DNA from: Flavihumibacter sp. CACIAM 22H1
GTDB lineage: Bacteria > Bacteroidota > Bacteroidia > Chitinophagales > Chitinophagaceae
DNA length: 64,000 nt
NCBI RefSeq assembly: GCF_001601815.1
Contig: NZ_LUKG01000007.1
Coordinates: forward strand, 46,590-110,589
Direction of reading: 5' to 3'
Part shown: piece by piece, positions 39,401 through 52,100 of the stretch
How the letters are laid out: each line of letters starts with the position of its first letter
How positions within the stretch are numbered: position 1 is the stretch's first letter
The notes under the pieces: model-generated
The model's database searches: none
Seen by the model: the letters and a program-made list of their open reading frames with translations, nothing else
Told to the model about the DNA's origin: nothing
Program-made: the position numbers and the translations under genes

Positions 39401-40468
39401 TTTCCAGGTAGCTGAACACGGTCCGCAGAATACAGGCTATGGCATAGGCCTGGCGCTTGCGAAGCAAATTGTAGAACTGCATAAGGGAACAATTACCATT
39501 AACAGCCAGGTTTCAACACCTTCCGAAACCGGTAGTACCAGCTTTACGGTAACATTACAAAAGGAATTGCTACAACCGACCAGTAATACAGCAAGGTATA
39601 CCGATACTGTTTATGACGAACCTACAAAAGTTGGAAATACCATTTCCACTGATCAACCCGGCAGCAGCTTTACGATTCTTCTGGCAGAGGATAATCCTGA
39701 GCTCACTCAGCTAATTATTGATTCATTTTCGGCAAGCTACACCGTAGTTGCTGTTGAAAATGGACAGGAAGCCTTCGAAAAAGCATTGGAGCTATTGCCT
39801 GATATCATCATAAGCGATGTAATGATGCCGGTTATGAGTGGTTTGGAACTTTGTAATAAACTTAAAACCGACCCCGCCACCTCCCATATACCGGTAATAT
39901 TACTAACCGCTAAAAGCACGCAAAACGACCACCTGAGCGGATTTAATAACGGGGCCGACATATACATCACCAAACCATTCCACCTTAAAGCGCTGGCACT
40001 AAATGTTCGAAACCTGCTTCGGTTAAAAGAGAAAATGAGGGTGAATTTTGGGCAGGACTTATTTAGAGACAGCCTAACCAACACGAAGGATGATTCCACT
40101 ATTGAGATCAAACTCCCCAATAGCATCGATACAATTTCATCAAAACACTGATCGAACATATCGGTAATCACATTGATGATCCTGAATTTGGGGTTGAAAA
40201 ATTATCCAGGTTAATGGCCATGAGTGTACCTGTATTATACAAAAAATTAAAGGCCGTAACCAATCTTTCGGTGAATGAATTCATAAAATCAATGCGTCTG
40301 AAAAAAGCCAGTGAACTTTTGAAGAAAAATCAATATACAATTAATGAAATAACCTATGCAATTGGCTATTCTGACAGAAAATATTTCAGTCGTGAGTTTA
40401 AGCGAAAATATGGACAAACACCCAGCGACTATGCGAGCAGTTTTAAACAAGATCCAGACAATCAATAA
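36414..40468 (+). CDS. hybrid two-component system sensor kinase/response regulator with AraC-type output (HTCS); frame broken by a 1-nt indel before the AraC domain as sequenced
   Basis: The 1245-aa ORF has periplasmic beta-propeller repeats (WFGTSNGLNRYD, WIGTGGGLDKY, WVGTANGLYLL ...), a Y_Y_Y-like region and a TM segment. It then has HisKA (FFTNISHEIRTHLT), HATPase (DNGRGI..GYGIGLALAKQIV) and receiver (ILLAEDNPEL..PDIIISDVMMP..LTAK) domains. It stops at 40149-40151. The AraC HTH (..NFIKTLIEHIGNHIDDPEFGVEKLSRLMAMSVPVLYKKLK..GYSDRKYFSREFKRKYGQTPSDY) continues in another frame, open from 40124 to 40468. Confidence 0.85.
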
Positions 40469-40731
40469 GTCAGCCACCCAATCAAGCAGGATATTGTTAT
40501 AACATCAAAAAATGTTCTCATTAAAATCCTATAGAGAGGGGGGAAAAAAGAACTATAATCAGTACCTTCATAGTACCACGCATTACCCTATACGAATTTC
40601 TGAGAAAACGAATTATGCACCCAGGCATCTACCATTGAATTACAGGGCTCATTTACAGAATAAACCGCCAGGCATTTTGTTGCAATAGTACATATTTCTA
40701 TTTAGTCATTTACTTCTTAAAAACCTAGAAT

Positions 40732-41124
40732 ATGGATAGGGCAGAAGGAAACAGACCTTCCATTACGATTGTTGAATCGCACCCGGCAATGCAGGAAGTC
40801 ATTAAAAAGATCGTTGAATCAATGGGCGGACGAGTACAATATGTCCTCAAAAACGACCATTTATTACTCGAACTACTGGACTCCGGTATTAATATAGACC
40901 TTTGCATAATAGACCTTTCTCCTAAAAGACCAGCCGTACTAGCTACGATAACTGAACTTAAAACAAAACATACCGATATTCTATGGCTGGGCATCAGTAT
41001 AAATAATTCTGAGCGTTTCAGGCTGCGGGCCTTGGAAACCGGCCTGCATGCATTCTACTGCAAACTGGAACCAATTGACCGGTTCCGCCTGATATTGTCG
41101 CAATTACTGGCAAAATACAATTGA
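40732..41124 (+). CDS. stand-alone CheY-like receiver domain protein
   Basis: 130 aa with the REC layout: ITIVES (beta1), DLCIIDLS (candidate phospho-acceptor Asp), ILWLGIS and AFYCKLEP (conserved Lys). It has only one acidic residue where DD is usual. Confidence 0.5.
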   Translation: MDRAEGNRPSITIVESHPAMQEVIKKIVESMGGRVQYVLKNDHLLLELLDSGINIDLCIIDLSPKRPAVLATITELKTKHTDILWLGISINNSERFRLRALETGLHAFYCKLEPIDRFRLILSQLLAKYN

Positions 41125-41228
41125 TGTTGTACAGTTTGTTAACTCGCGCAGCGGACCTACGGGCGTTTTATAAACGGGGGATGAACCCATTATTAGCTAA
41201 GCTGCTCGTGTCTGTTCAGGAGCTGTTA

Positions 41229-42131
41229 TCAGCGGTTCGTTTGAGTACGATAGGTGCTCTCAAATATACGGTTCGCATTAGCCGCTTCAAACCCTTCTCT
41301 TCGGTGTATGCCAGTCAACATGCCGATGGGCAGGCCACTATATTCCGGCAAGGGTTTTCGCTCTGCAAACTCTACATAGGAGCCAGGTATTTCCAGTTCC
41401 TCACCACCCGCAAATACTGCCTTTATCATCCGGGCAATGGTTGAACTTTGTAATAGGAGTCCATCGGGGCTGATTTTAACTTTTCCGCCGGCATCATTCA
41501 GTATAAAACCATTTCGTTCCAGGAATTCATTAAACGCAGGTATAGTATTATACCCTGCTTTTAAGTGATGCACACTTACGGTGAAATGATTGAGGTAGTA
41601 TCGGTTATAAATTACCCAGGCTGCATATTCAGATTCTTCCAGTAATGCCTTGTAATCAGATGCAGAGGGAAGTTCCCATAGACCACTGTGTAAAAAAGCA
41701 TCAATTACCGACGCATCGGCCAGGTTCAGTTGATCTACCGGGTCGGTTATTATGGTTGAAGTATAGGAATGAATGATCTGTTTTGACTTTTCAGACAATT
41801 CCTGTACCCGCAATTCACTTATAAAAATCCGGGGCAATGTTGGCTCGGGGGGTGCATACCAAAAAGCATCCAGCTTTTTCTCCGGGAAGAAATAATAATC
41901 TTTTTTTACATAACCCAGCTGTATAAATATCTTCTCCAGAGATTGAATACCCAAATGAGGAACCCCTAATGTACGGAAAGCGATATGATCATTTTCAATA
42001 TCATCCGCAGACCCGATCAGTTGTTCCCGAATCATTGCATTAATAATTCCCTGAACATCCGGTACCCGGTTTTGATAACGCTGCATCAAACCTTCCAATA
42101 CCCTGTTTAATTGTGTTGAAGCCGCCCGCAT
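41229..42131 (-). CDS. DUF1338 family protein (HglS/YdcJ-like Fe(II) 2-oxoadipate dioxygenase/decarboxylase family)
   Basis: 300 aa. It has NDHIAFRTLG, then YYLNHFTVSVHHL and a C-terminal GSYVEFAER. This is the His/His/Glu-containing pattern I associate with DUF1338. Confidence 0.7.
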   Translation of the reverse strand: MRAASTQLNRVLEGLMQRYQNRVPDVQGIINAMIREQLIGSADDIENDHIAFRTLGVPHLGIQSLEKIFIQLGYVKKDYYFFPEKKLDAFWYAPPEPTLPRIFISELRVQELSEKSKQIIHSYTSTIITDPVDQLNLADASVIDAFLHSGLWELPSASDYKALLEESEYAAWVIYNRYYLNHFTVSVHHLKAGYNTIPAFNEFLERNGFILNDAGGKVKISPDGLLLQSSTIARMIKAVFAGGEELEIPGSYVEFAERKPLPEYSGLPIGMLTGIHRREGFEAANANRIFESTYRTQTNR

Positions 42132-42140
42132 ACCTGTATA

Positions 42141-44451
42141 TTATTGATAGTTGAGTTCAGAAATTGTTTCATCCAATAAGGCTACCAGCCTGTCTGCATT
42201 TTGCCTGTTAAATACCATGGGAGGTTTAATCTTAAGCACATTATACAGCGGCCCGTCTGTACTTAGCAGAAATCCTTTGTTTTTCATTTGTTCCACTACC
42301 TGTTCTATTTCAGGCACAGCGGGCTCCAGGCTTACCCGATCACGTACCAGCTCTACACCAATAAACAAGCCGTGTCCGCGTACGTCTCCGATAATGGAAT
42401 GCCGTTGCATCAGCTCTTTCAGTTTGGCCATCAGGTAATTACCTGTAGATAATGCCTGTGCCTGCATATCTTCCTGCTGAATTACCTGCAATACCGTTTT
42501 CCCGGTTATCATAGAAACAGGATTACCTCCATATGTATTAAAATATTCCATGCCGTTATTAAATGCACGGGCAATTTCTTCTGTAACAACCACTGCTGCC
42601 AGTGGATGTCCATTTCCTATCGGCTTTCCCATAACAACAATATCCGGCTCTACCTGCTGCAACTCAAAGCCCCAGAACTTTTCCCCAACCCTACCAAAGC
42701 CAACCTGCACTTCATCGGCAATGCAAAGGCCACCTACTGCCCTTACTTTCTCATACACGGCCTGTAAGTATCCTGCAGGCAGGGGTATCTGCCCTCCCAC
42801 CCCCAACAGGGTTTCACAAATAAATGCAGCAGGTTTGATACCTGCTTCCTGCATCTCCCCTAAAATCCGGTCCAGATCGGCTGCATAGTTTTTACCTGCC
42901 AATGGATCATTGAACTTAAAAGGCCCCCGGTACCCGTCCGGATTCATTGCTTTATGCACCCAGGCAGCCTGTCCAAATCCACCTTTACCATCAAACTTAT
43001 AGGGACTGATCTCAATAGCCGTGGTAGATGTTCCATGATATGCATGATCGAGTACTATAATATCTTTTTGTTGCGTAAAATGCCGGCTCATACGGATGGC
43101 CAGGTCATTTGCCTCACTGCCTGAATTAGTAAAATAACAAACCTTTAACCGGGAAGGCAGTGTTGCCGTAAGCATTTCTGCATACTCTACCAGGTGGTCA
43201 CTCAGGTAACGGGTATTGGTATTAAGAATGGCCAGCTGTTGCTGCATAGCCCTTACCACCACCGGGTGGCAGTGCCCCACATGACTAACATTATTCACAC
43301 AATCTACATAGGTATTACCCTGGTCGTCATACAGGTATTGAAGTGCGCCGCGTTCAATTTTTAATTTCTGCCGGTAACTGATGCTCAGGTTTTTACCAAT
43401 AGCAGCAGATCTTCTGGCCATTAAGTTATCCTGGTCGGTTTTTTCGGGCAGAGGTTGTGGCCAATTGCAGGCTTCCCGAAATACCTGCTGTGCTCTTAGG
43501 GGATTAATTTCAATTAGCTGGTACAAGAGAGCCCAGGCCGGCGCCTCAGATATAAAATGATGATCATTAGAACTTTCCTGGCTTCGTTTAACCGCCGCTT
43601 TTACCACGCTGATGCACAAACGACCGGCTACCAGGTAATACAACAGATCCGCTTCCTGCCTTGTAATGGCATATTGCTGATGATAGGCTTTGATCACCGC
43701 TGCCGCCGCATTCAGCGGATCGGATTTATGCAGCATGCAGTAGGTACAGGCAACTGCCAGGTTATTTATTAACGGGGCATATACCATATCTCCGAAATCT
43801 ATTAAACCGCTCACCGAATCACCCTGTGTAAGCAGGTTATAGTCATTGGCATCGCCGTGTATATAGGCTTTCCGCAGGGTTGCCAGCGCCGGCCTTACTT
43901 CCATTTCAAATTGAAGGAGAAAATACCCCGCAATACGCCGTTTCTCCGCATCTTTTATAGCAGGCAGGCTGGAAAATACGTCGGGCGTATTAGAGATATC
44001 CCATTCGTAGTGCCGGTGCATGGCCGGATGCTGAAAGTTCCGCAGTGCCAGGTCCATCCTCCCCAAAAAAGATCCTATAGAAGCCAGGAGTACTGGGGTA
44101 TGTTCCTTTCGTTCTACCAGGAAACGACCCTCAATAAAGGAGAGTACCCGTATAAAATAAGGAATATTATCCAGCTCTACCTGAACAAGCAGACGGCCAT
44201 CAACGGAGGCATGCAATTCCTGAAAATAATTCCACACGTCCGAATGCTTGAGCTGCTGCAGTATAGCAACCTGGGCATCGAGAAAACTCCAATGATGCTC
44301 CGGTCCGGCAATTTTTTACGATATAACGTTTGTGGTCGGCAGTAGTAAGCAGGCTATTCTGTTCGTCATACCCACTTAAAAGTTCAATAGAACCGCTTAA
44401 GCCATAGTTTTGCTGCAGCAGGTCGCTGATCTGTTCCTTGGTTAAATACAT
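42141..44451 (-). CDS. fusion of an APH-fold kinase (hydroxylysine kinase HYKK/AGPHD1-like) with a class-III PLP enzyme (PHYKPL/ETNPPL, AGXT2L-like phospho-lyase); frame broken by a 1-nt homopolymer indel as sequenced
   Basis: The N-terminal 83-aa ORF ([46 protein letters not shown]) reconnects to the 698-aa ORF frame (..[21 protein letters not shown]..) if one A is removed from the A6 run (plus-strand T6 at 44312-44317). Kinase motifs are [12 protein letters not shown] and LIDFGD. PLP-domain motifs are [31 protein letters not shown] and [14 protein letters not shown] (Schiff-base Lys). These are closest in style to the AGXT2L family. Confidence 0.75.
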
Positions 44452-44469
44452 ACGATCAAATTCTATCCA

Positions 44470-47544
<3,075 letters not shown>

Positions 47545-49101
47545 TTACCAGTTATGCGCCTGTTTGCTATTTGGATTTTTGTTTATTTCCGAAAGCGGAA
47601 CCGGATAGATATCATGTTTTCCGTCTATAAAGTTGGTGGCAAACTCGTGCTGGTGATTGACCATTACAGTTTTAATTTTTTCGGGGGCCGTTTTACTACG
47701 GCTCCAGCGGTACAGGTCGGGCCAGCGGATGGCATATTCCATTGATAATTCACAGGGGCGTTCATGATGCCTTATCTGCTGCCTTAATGCTTGTTTATCA
47801 AGAGCAACCAGGGCAGCAGCCTTTGCTCTTTCCCTTACCTGGTTTACCAGCAGCAGGGCATCGGCCGTTTGACCCAGTTCGTTCAGCGCTTCTGCCTGCA
47901 TCAACAACAGATCGGCATAGCGCATCAGATGAATATTTTGCCCGGTATAAAATCCGTTATCAGCCAGGTCGGTTGGGGTTGTATACTTTTTGAAATATAC
48001 GTCGTTATTAAGGTCATTTTTTACATCAGCATAACGTTTTACAACACCCGGCTGGTCTACCACCGCTGCGCGTGATTCCGGATCATCGAAGAAGATGGTT
48101 CCGTATACACGGTCACTGAATCCACCATCTGTACGTTTGTCGGTCTTAAGTTCTGTTGCAAGCCATTCGGAGGGGTAGAATAATTCCCAGCCGTTTAACG
48201 CATAGGGACTAACTTCCCAGGGCATGGGTGTTCTTTCGTCATTACCGTTCGTACGATCGCCGGAGAACTGAATTTCAAAAATTGATTCCCGGCCATTTTC
48301 CGCCAGGCCGTTGAAATTGTCTTCGTATTTATTCAGCAGCTGGTAGTTCCCGCTATTAATAACTGTTTCAAACGCATCTGAAGCCAGTTCAAATTTTTCC
48401 TGAAACAGGTAGGCTTTACCCAGGTAGGCGGTAGCCGTATATTTTGTTACCCGGCCCAGTTCCAGCTCATCCCTCGAAGCGGGCAGCTTGGCTGCGGCTT
48501 CCTTTAAGTCTGCTTCGATCTGTTCCCAGATAGCTGCTTCGGAAGCAGGTGCAGGATAAAAATCAGCATTGGAAGCGGGTAAAGCGGTTAGCAGCGGAAT
48601 ATTCGTGAAATAACTTTGTAGTAATAAATAAAAATGAGCCCGTAAAAATTTTGCCTCTGCAATAAGACTTGCTTTTTCCTCCTCACTCAACCCGTTCTGT
48701 GCATTGGAAGACACGCGGGGAATATTCTCTATACATTGGTTGGCCCGGTTGATGCCTGCAAAACACATATGCCAGAGGTTGGTAAAACTACTTTCATCCG
48801 TGGTATGTGTAAATGATTGAAGGCTTTTACCATAACCTTCTGCTTTATTGTTAATCATTTCATCGGTCTTGTATTCAGCAGCCACATAGGTTTCTTCGAA
48901 CCAGGTCCACTTGGAACCATCGGCAGCCTGAAGCGCTGCATAGGTAGCAGTTATTGCCTGTATAGCCTGTGTTTTTGTTTTCCAGAAAGAAGAACCGGAC
49001 AACTCGTTTCTGTTTTCTTTATCGAGATAGGATTTGGAACAGGAGGCCGCGGTAAGTAGTCCTATTGAAAGAAGTAATCCATATAACCTATTTATAGTCA
49101 T
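47545..49101 (-). CDS. susD: SusD/RagB family nutrient-binding outer-membrane lipoprotein
   Basis: 518 aa with lipobox LLTAASC. Motifs include AEAKFLRAHFYLLLQSYF and MRYADLLLMQAEALNE. Confidence 0.9.
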   Translation of the reverse strand: MTINRLYGLLLSIGLLTAASCSKSYLDKENRNELSGSSFWKTKTQAIQAITATYAALQAADGSKWTWFEETYVAAEYKTDEMINNKAEGYGKSLQSFTHTTDESSFTNLWHMCFAGINRANQCIENIPRVSSNAQNGLSEEEKASLIAEAKFLRAHFYLLLQSYFTNIPLLTALPASNADFYPAPASEAAIWEQIEADLKEAAAKLPASRDELELGRVTKYTATAYLGKAYLFQEKFELASDAFETVINSGNYQLLNKYEDNFNGLAENGRESIFEIQFSGDRTNGNDERTPMPWEVSPYALNGWELFYPSEWLATELKTDKRTDGGFSDRVYGTIFFDDPESRAAVVDQPGVVKRYADVKNDLNNDVYFKKYTTPTDLADNGFYTGQNIHLMRYADLLLMQAEALNELGQTADALLLVNQVRERAKAAALVALDKQALRQQIRHHERPCELSMEYAIRWPDLYRWSRSKTAPEKIKTVMVNHQHEFATNFIDGKHDIYPVPLSEINKNPNSKQAHNW

Positions 49102-49131
49102 GGCAGTAGATTTAATCGTTTACAGATCAGG

Positions 49132-52100
49132 TTAAAATTCCAGGTTAAGCCCGGCAAAATAATTCCTCGAAAGCGGGTATAGTCCCCGATCTACCCCTCT
49201 TGCAAAAGAGGAATAGTTAACTACACCGGGATCGTAACCCGAATAACCGGTAATAGTAAAAATATTGCTTGCACCCAGGTACACCCGTAAGGCATTGATT
49301 CCTTTTACCTGGAAGCGGTAGCCTAATTGCATACTTTTAAGGCGGAGATAGGAAGCTTTTTCCAGGAACAGGTCAGAGGGCCTGCCCATATTACCGTTTG
49401 CATCCACAATAGATACACGTGGAATAGAACTGCCAGGATTAGCGGGCGACCAGGCATCCAGCAAATCGGTAGATTTATTAAAGATTGTATTCTGGTACAT
49501 CAGTCGTTTGGCGCCATTGTACATATAATTCCCCTGGGTACCCTGGAAGAAAATATTTAAATCAAAGCGCTTATAGGAAAAATTGGAAGTGAGGCCGAAT
49601 TCCATTTTAGGCAGTCCGCTTCCCATAAAAGTTCGGTCGTTATCGTTCAACTCTCCATCTTTATTAATATCAACGAACCGAATATCGCCCAATTGTGCAT
49701 TTGGCTGAATGGTTTTAACGTCTTCCAGTTCTTTCTGTGTTTTGATTACACCGTCTGTTTTATACAGGTAGAATCGTCCTATTTGTCCACCTACTTCTGT
49801 TCTGGTGGTTGGAAAATTATTAAAATCCATATAACCATCTGTAAAGGCTTCATCGGCGAATCCAAGCTGAATAATTTTATTTCGGCTTGCAGTAATATTA
49901 GCGGTGATATCAAACTTCAGTTCCCCTTTATTCTTGCGATAGGTCAGCGCCAGATCAATTCCCTGGTTTTGCATTTCACCGCCATTACGGATAGGATTTG
50001 ATAACAACCCGGCACTTGGCGGAAGCGGAATAGTTACCAGCATATCAGTGGTTCTGGTGCGGAAATAATCCACGATCAGCAGCAAGCGTTCATTCAAAAT
50101 AGAAAGATCGAGCCCGGCATTAAAGGTAGCAGATTGCTCCCAGCGAATATCCGGGGAGGAAGCATTGGTTATTATGGCACCTACTGCTATATTCTGACGC
50201 AGACCGGAACCGAACGGGTAATTGGTAGTTGGGTTGCCAGAATTAACTGTTGCCGGCAGATAGAGATAATCCGGTATACTCTGGTTACCCAACACGCCAT
50301 AGCTGGCCCTGAGTTTCAGATCACTGATTTGCGAAAAACGATTGCTGAAAAAATCTTCTTCGCTTACTCTCCAGGCACCAGAAACCGAGTAAAAGGTTCC
50401 GTATTTATTAGCTTCTGAAAAACGCGAAGATCCATCTCTCCGAACACTGGCGCCTAACAGGTATTTTCCAGCATAAGAATAGTTCATTCTTGCAAACCAG
50501 GAACGCAGGGTGCTTTCCAGCAATACCCCACCGGCCGATTTATCGCCTATTCCCCCGTTTAAGGAACCCAGATCATTGGAGGGCAGGTTATTATTACTTC
50601 CGGAAAGACTGCGGTAGTTTTCGCCCTCCTGCGAAAAGCCGGCCACAACATTCAGGCTGTGCAGCTCGCGGAAGATTTTGGAATAGGTAAATACTGCATT
50701 CAGTACATCCCTGAATTTCCGATCTCTGGACTCATATAACTGGGCGTTGGGGTTCTGCGCTTTATCGCCCATATAGTAGGTAGGAGTTTTGGTATAGCTA
50801 AACCCTTCGTTAGAACTAAATCCATATTGTAACCGAAAACTTAAGGGAGCAATGATTTGGTATTCGCCAAAAATATTACCTATGAAATAAGTGGGTTCAT
50901 CCCGGCTGGTTACAAGGGTCTGGTACCCAACCGGGTTAATGGCATCACTCATCTGAAACCCGATACGGCTTCCAAAACCACCATCGTTATTAGCATCATA
51001 CAGGCGATGGTGAGGCACGCGGTTAATCATTTCATACATGATGGGATAACCGGCATTTTGTCCATTTGCCCTGCTTTCATTGGAGCCCTGTAAAAGACGA
51101 CGATTGGTTTTGGAGTAGGTAAAGGATTCACCGAATTTAAACCGGCCTTTTGTAAGGTCGGAATTGACCTGAATATTATAGCGTTCGAAATTACTACCGA
51201 TTGCAATGCCTTCCTGGGCAAAACGGCCAAAAGAAACATTCATCCGCATGTCTTTTGTACCGCCGGATACAGATACATCTATTTTATTTTCAGGGGCAGT
51301 CCGGAAAAAAGCATCCTGCCAATCTGTATCAGGATATCGCTGTTGCTGACCGTTTGCATCTGTGTAGGTATCAGAAGAAACATAATCCAGCGGGGTGATA
51401 CCATCATTTTGCGCCACCTGTTTCATAATGGAATTGTATTGCACCCGATTGGCAAGGGGCAGTTTTTTAGCCAGTTGGTTGATGCCATAATAGGAATTAA
51501 CGCCTATTATTACTTTACCAGCACGGCCGCGTTTGGTCGTAACCATAATTACGCCATTAGAGGCCCGTGAACCATAGATGGTAGCCGCCGATGCGTCTTT
51601 CAACACATCGATAGACTGGATATCATTGGGGTTAATAGCATTGATATCGCCCGGTATTCCGTCAATTACGTATAAAGGATCATTATTGCCAATAGTGGAA
51701 AGTCCGCGAACCAATACCACCGGTGGAGCTCCCGGATCGCCCGATCCAGGCGCTGCGTTAATACCCGCTACCTGCCCCTGCAACATGGTAGCCACATTTC
51801 CGCCAGCCAGTTTCTCCATATTTTTAGTATTCACAGAAGACACGGCACCGATCACATCTCTTTTTCGCTGGGTGCCATATCCTACAACTACTACCTGGTC
51901 CATCTGCTGGCTGGTGGGTTGCAGGGTTAGGGCGATCTGTGTTCTTCCCTGTATGGGTTCTGTTATTGCCTCAAAACCAACCAGGCTGATTTCAAGCACG
52001 CCGGAGGCAGGAACATTATTCAATTGAAAATTACCTGCTTCATCGGAGGAAACACCAGCACCTGAATTACGTACCCGCACCGATGCTCCTGCCAGGCTTT

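Noticed and set aside
41121-41444. 107-aa plus-strand ORF after the receiver gene
   Set aside because: It mostly overlaps the 3' end of the well-supported DUF1338 gene in antisense and has no motif.
23298-44330. Reading the three frame breaks as programmed frameshifts, or as evidence of genome decay
   Set aside because: All are single-base indels, and two sit directly at homopolymer runs. The third (HTCS) is confined to a 28-nt interval with only TTT and AAAA runs. The flanking reading frames are otherwise intact with no secondary stops. No slippery-site plus pseudoknot context is visible. Homopolymer sequencing error is more parsimonious, though not proven.
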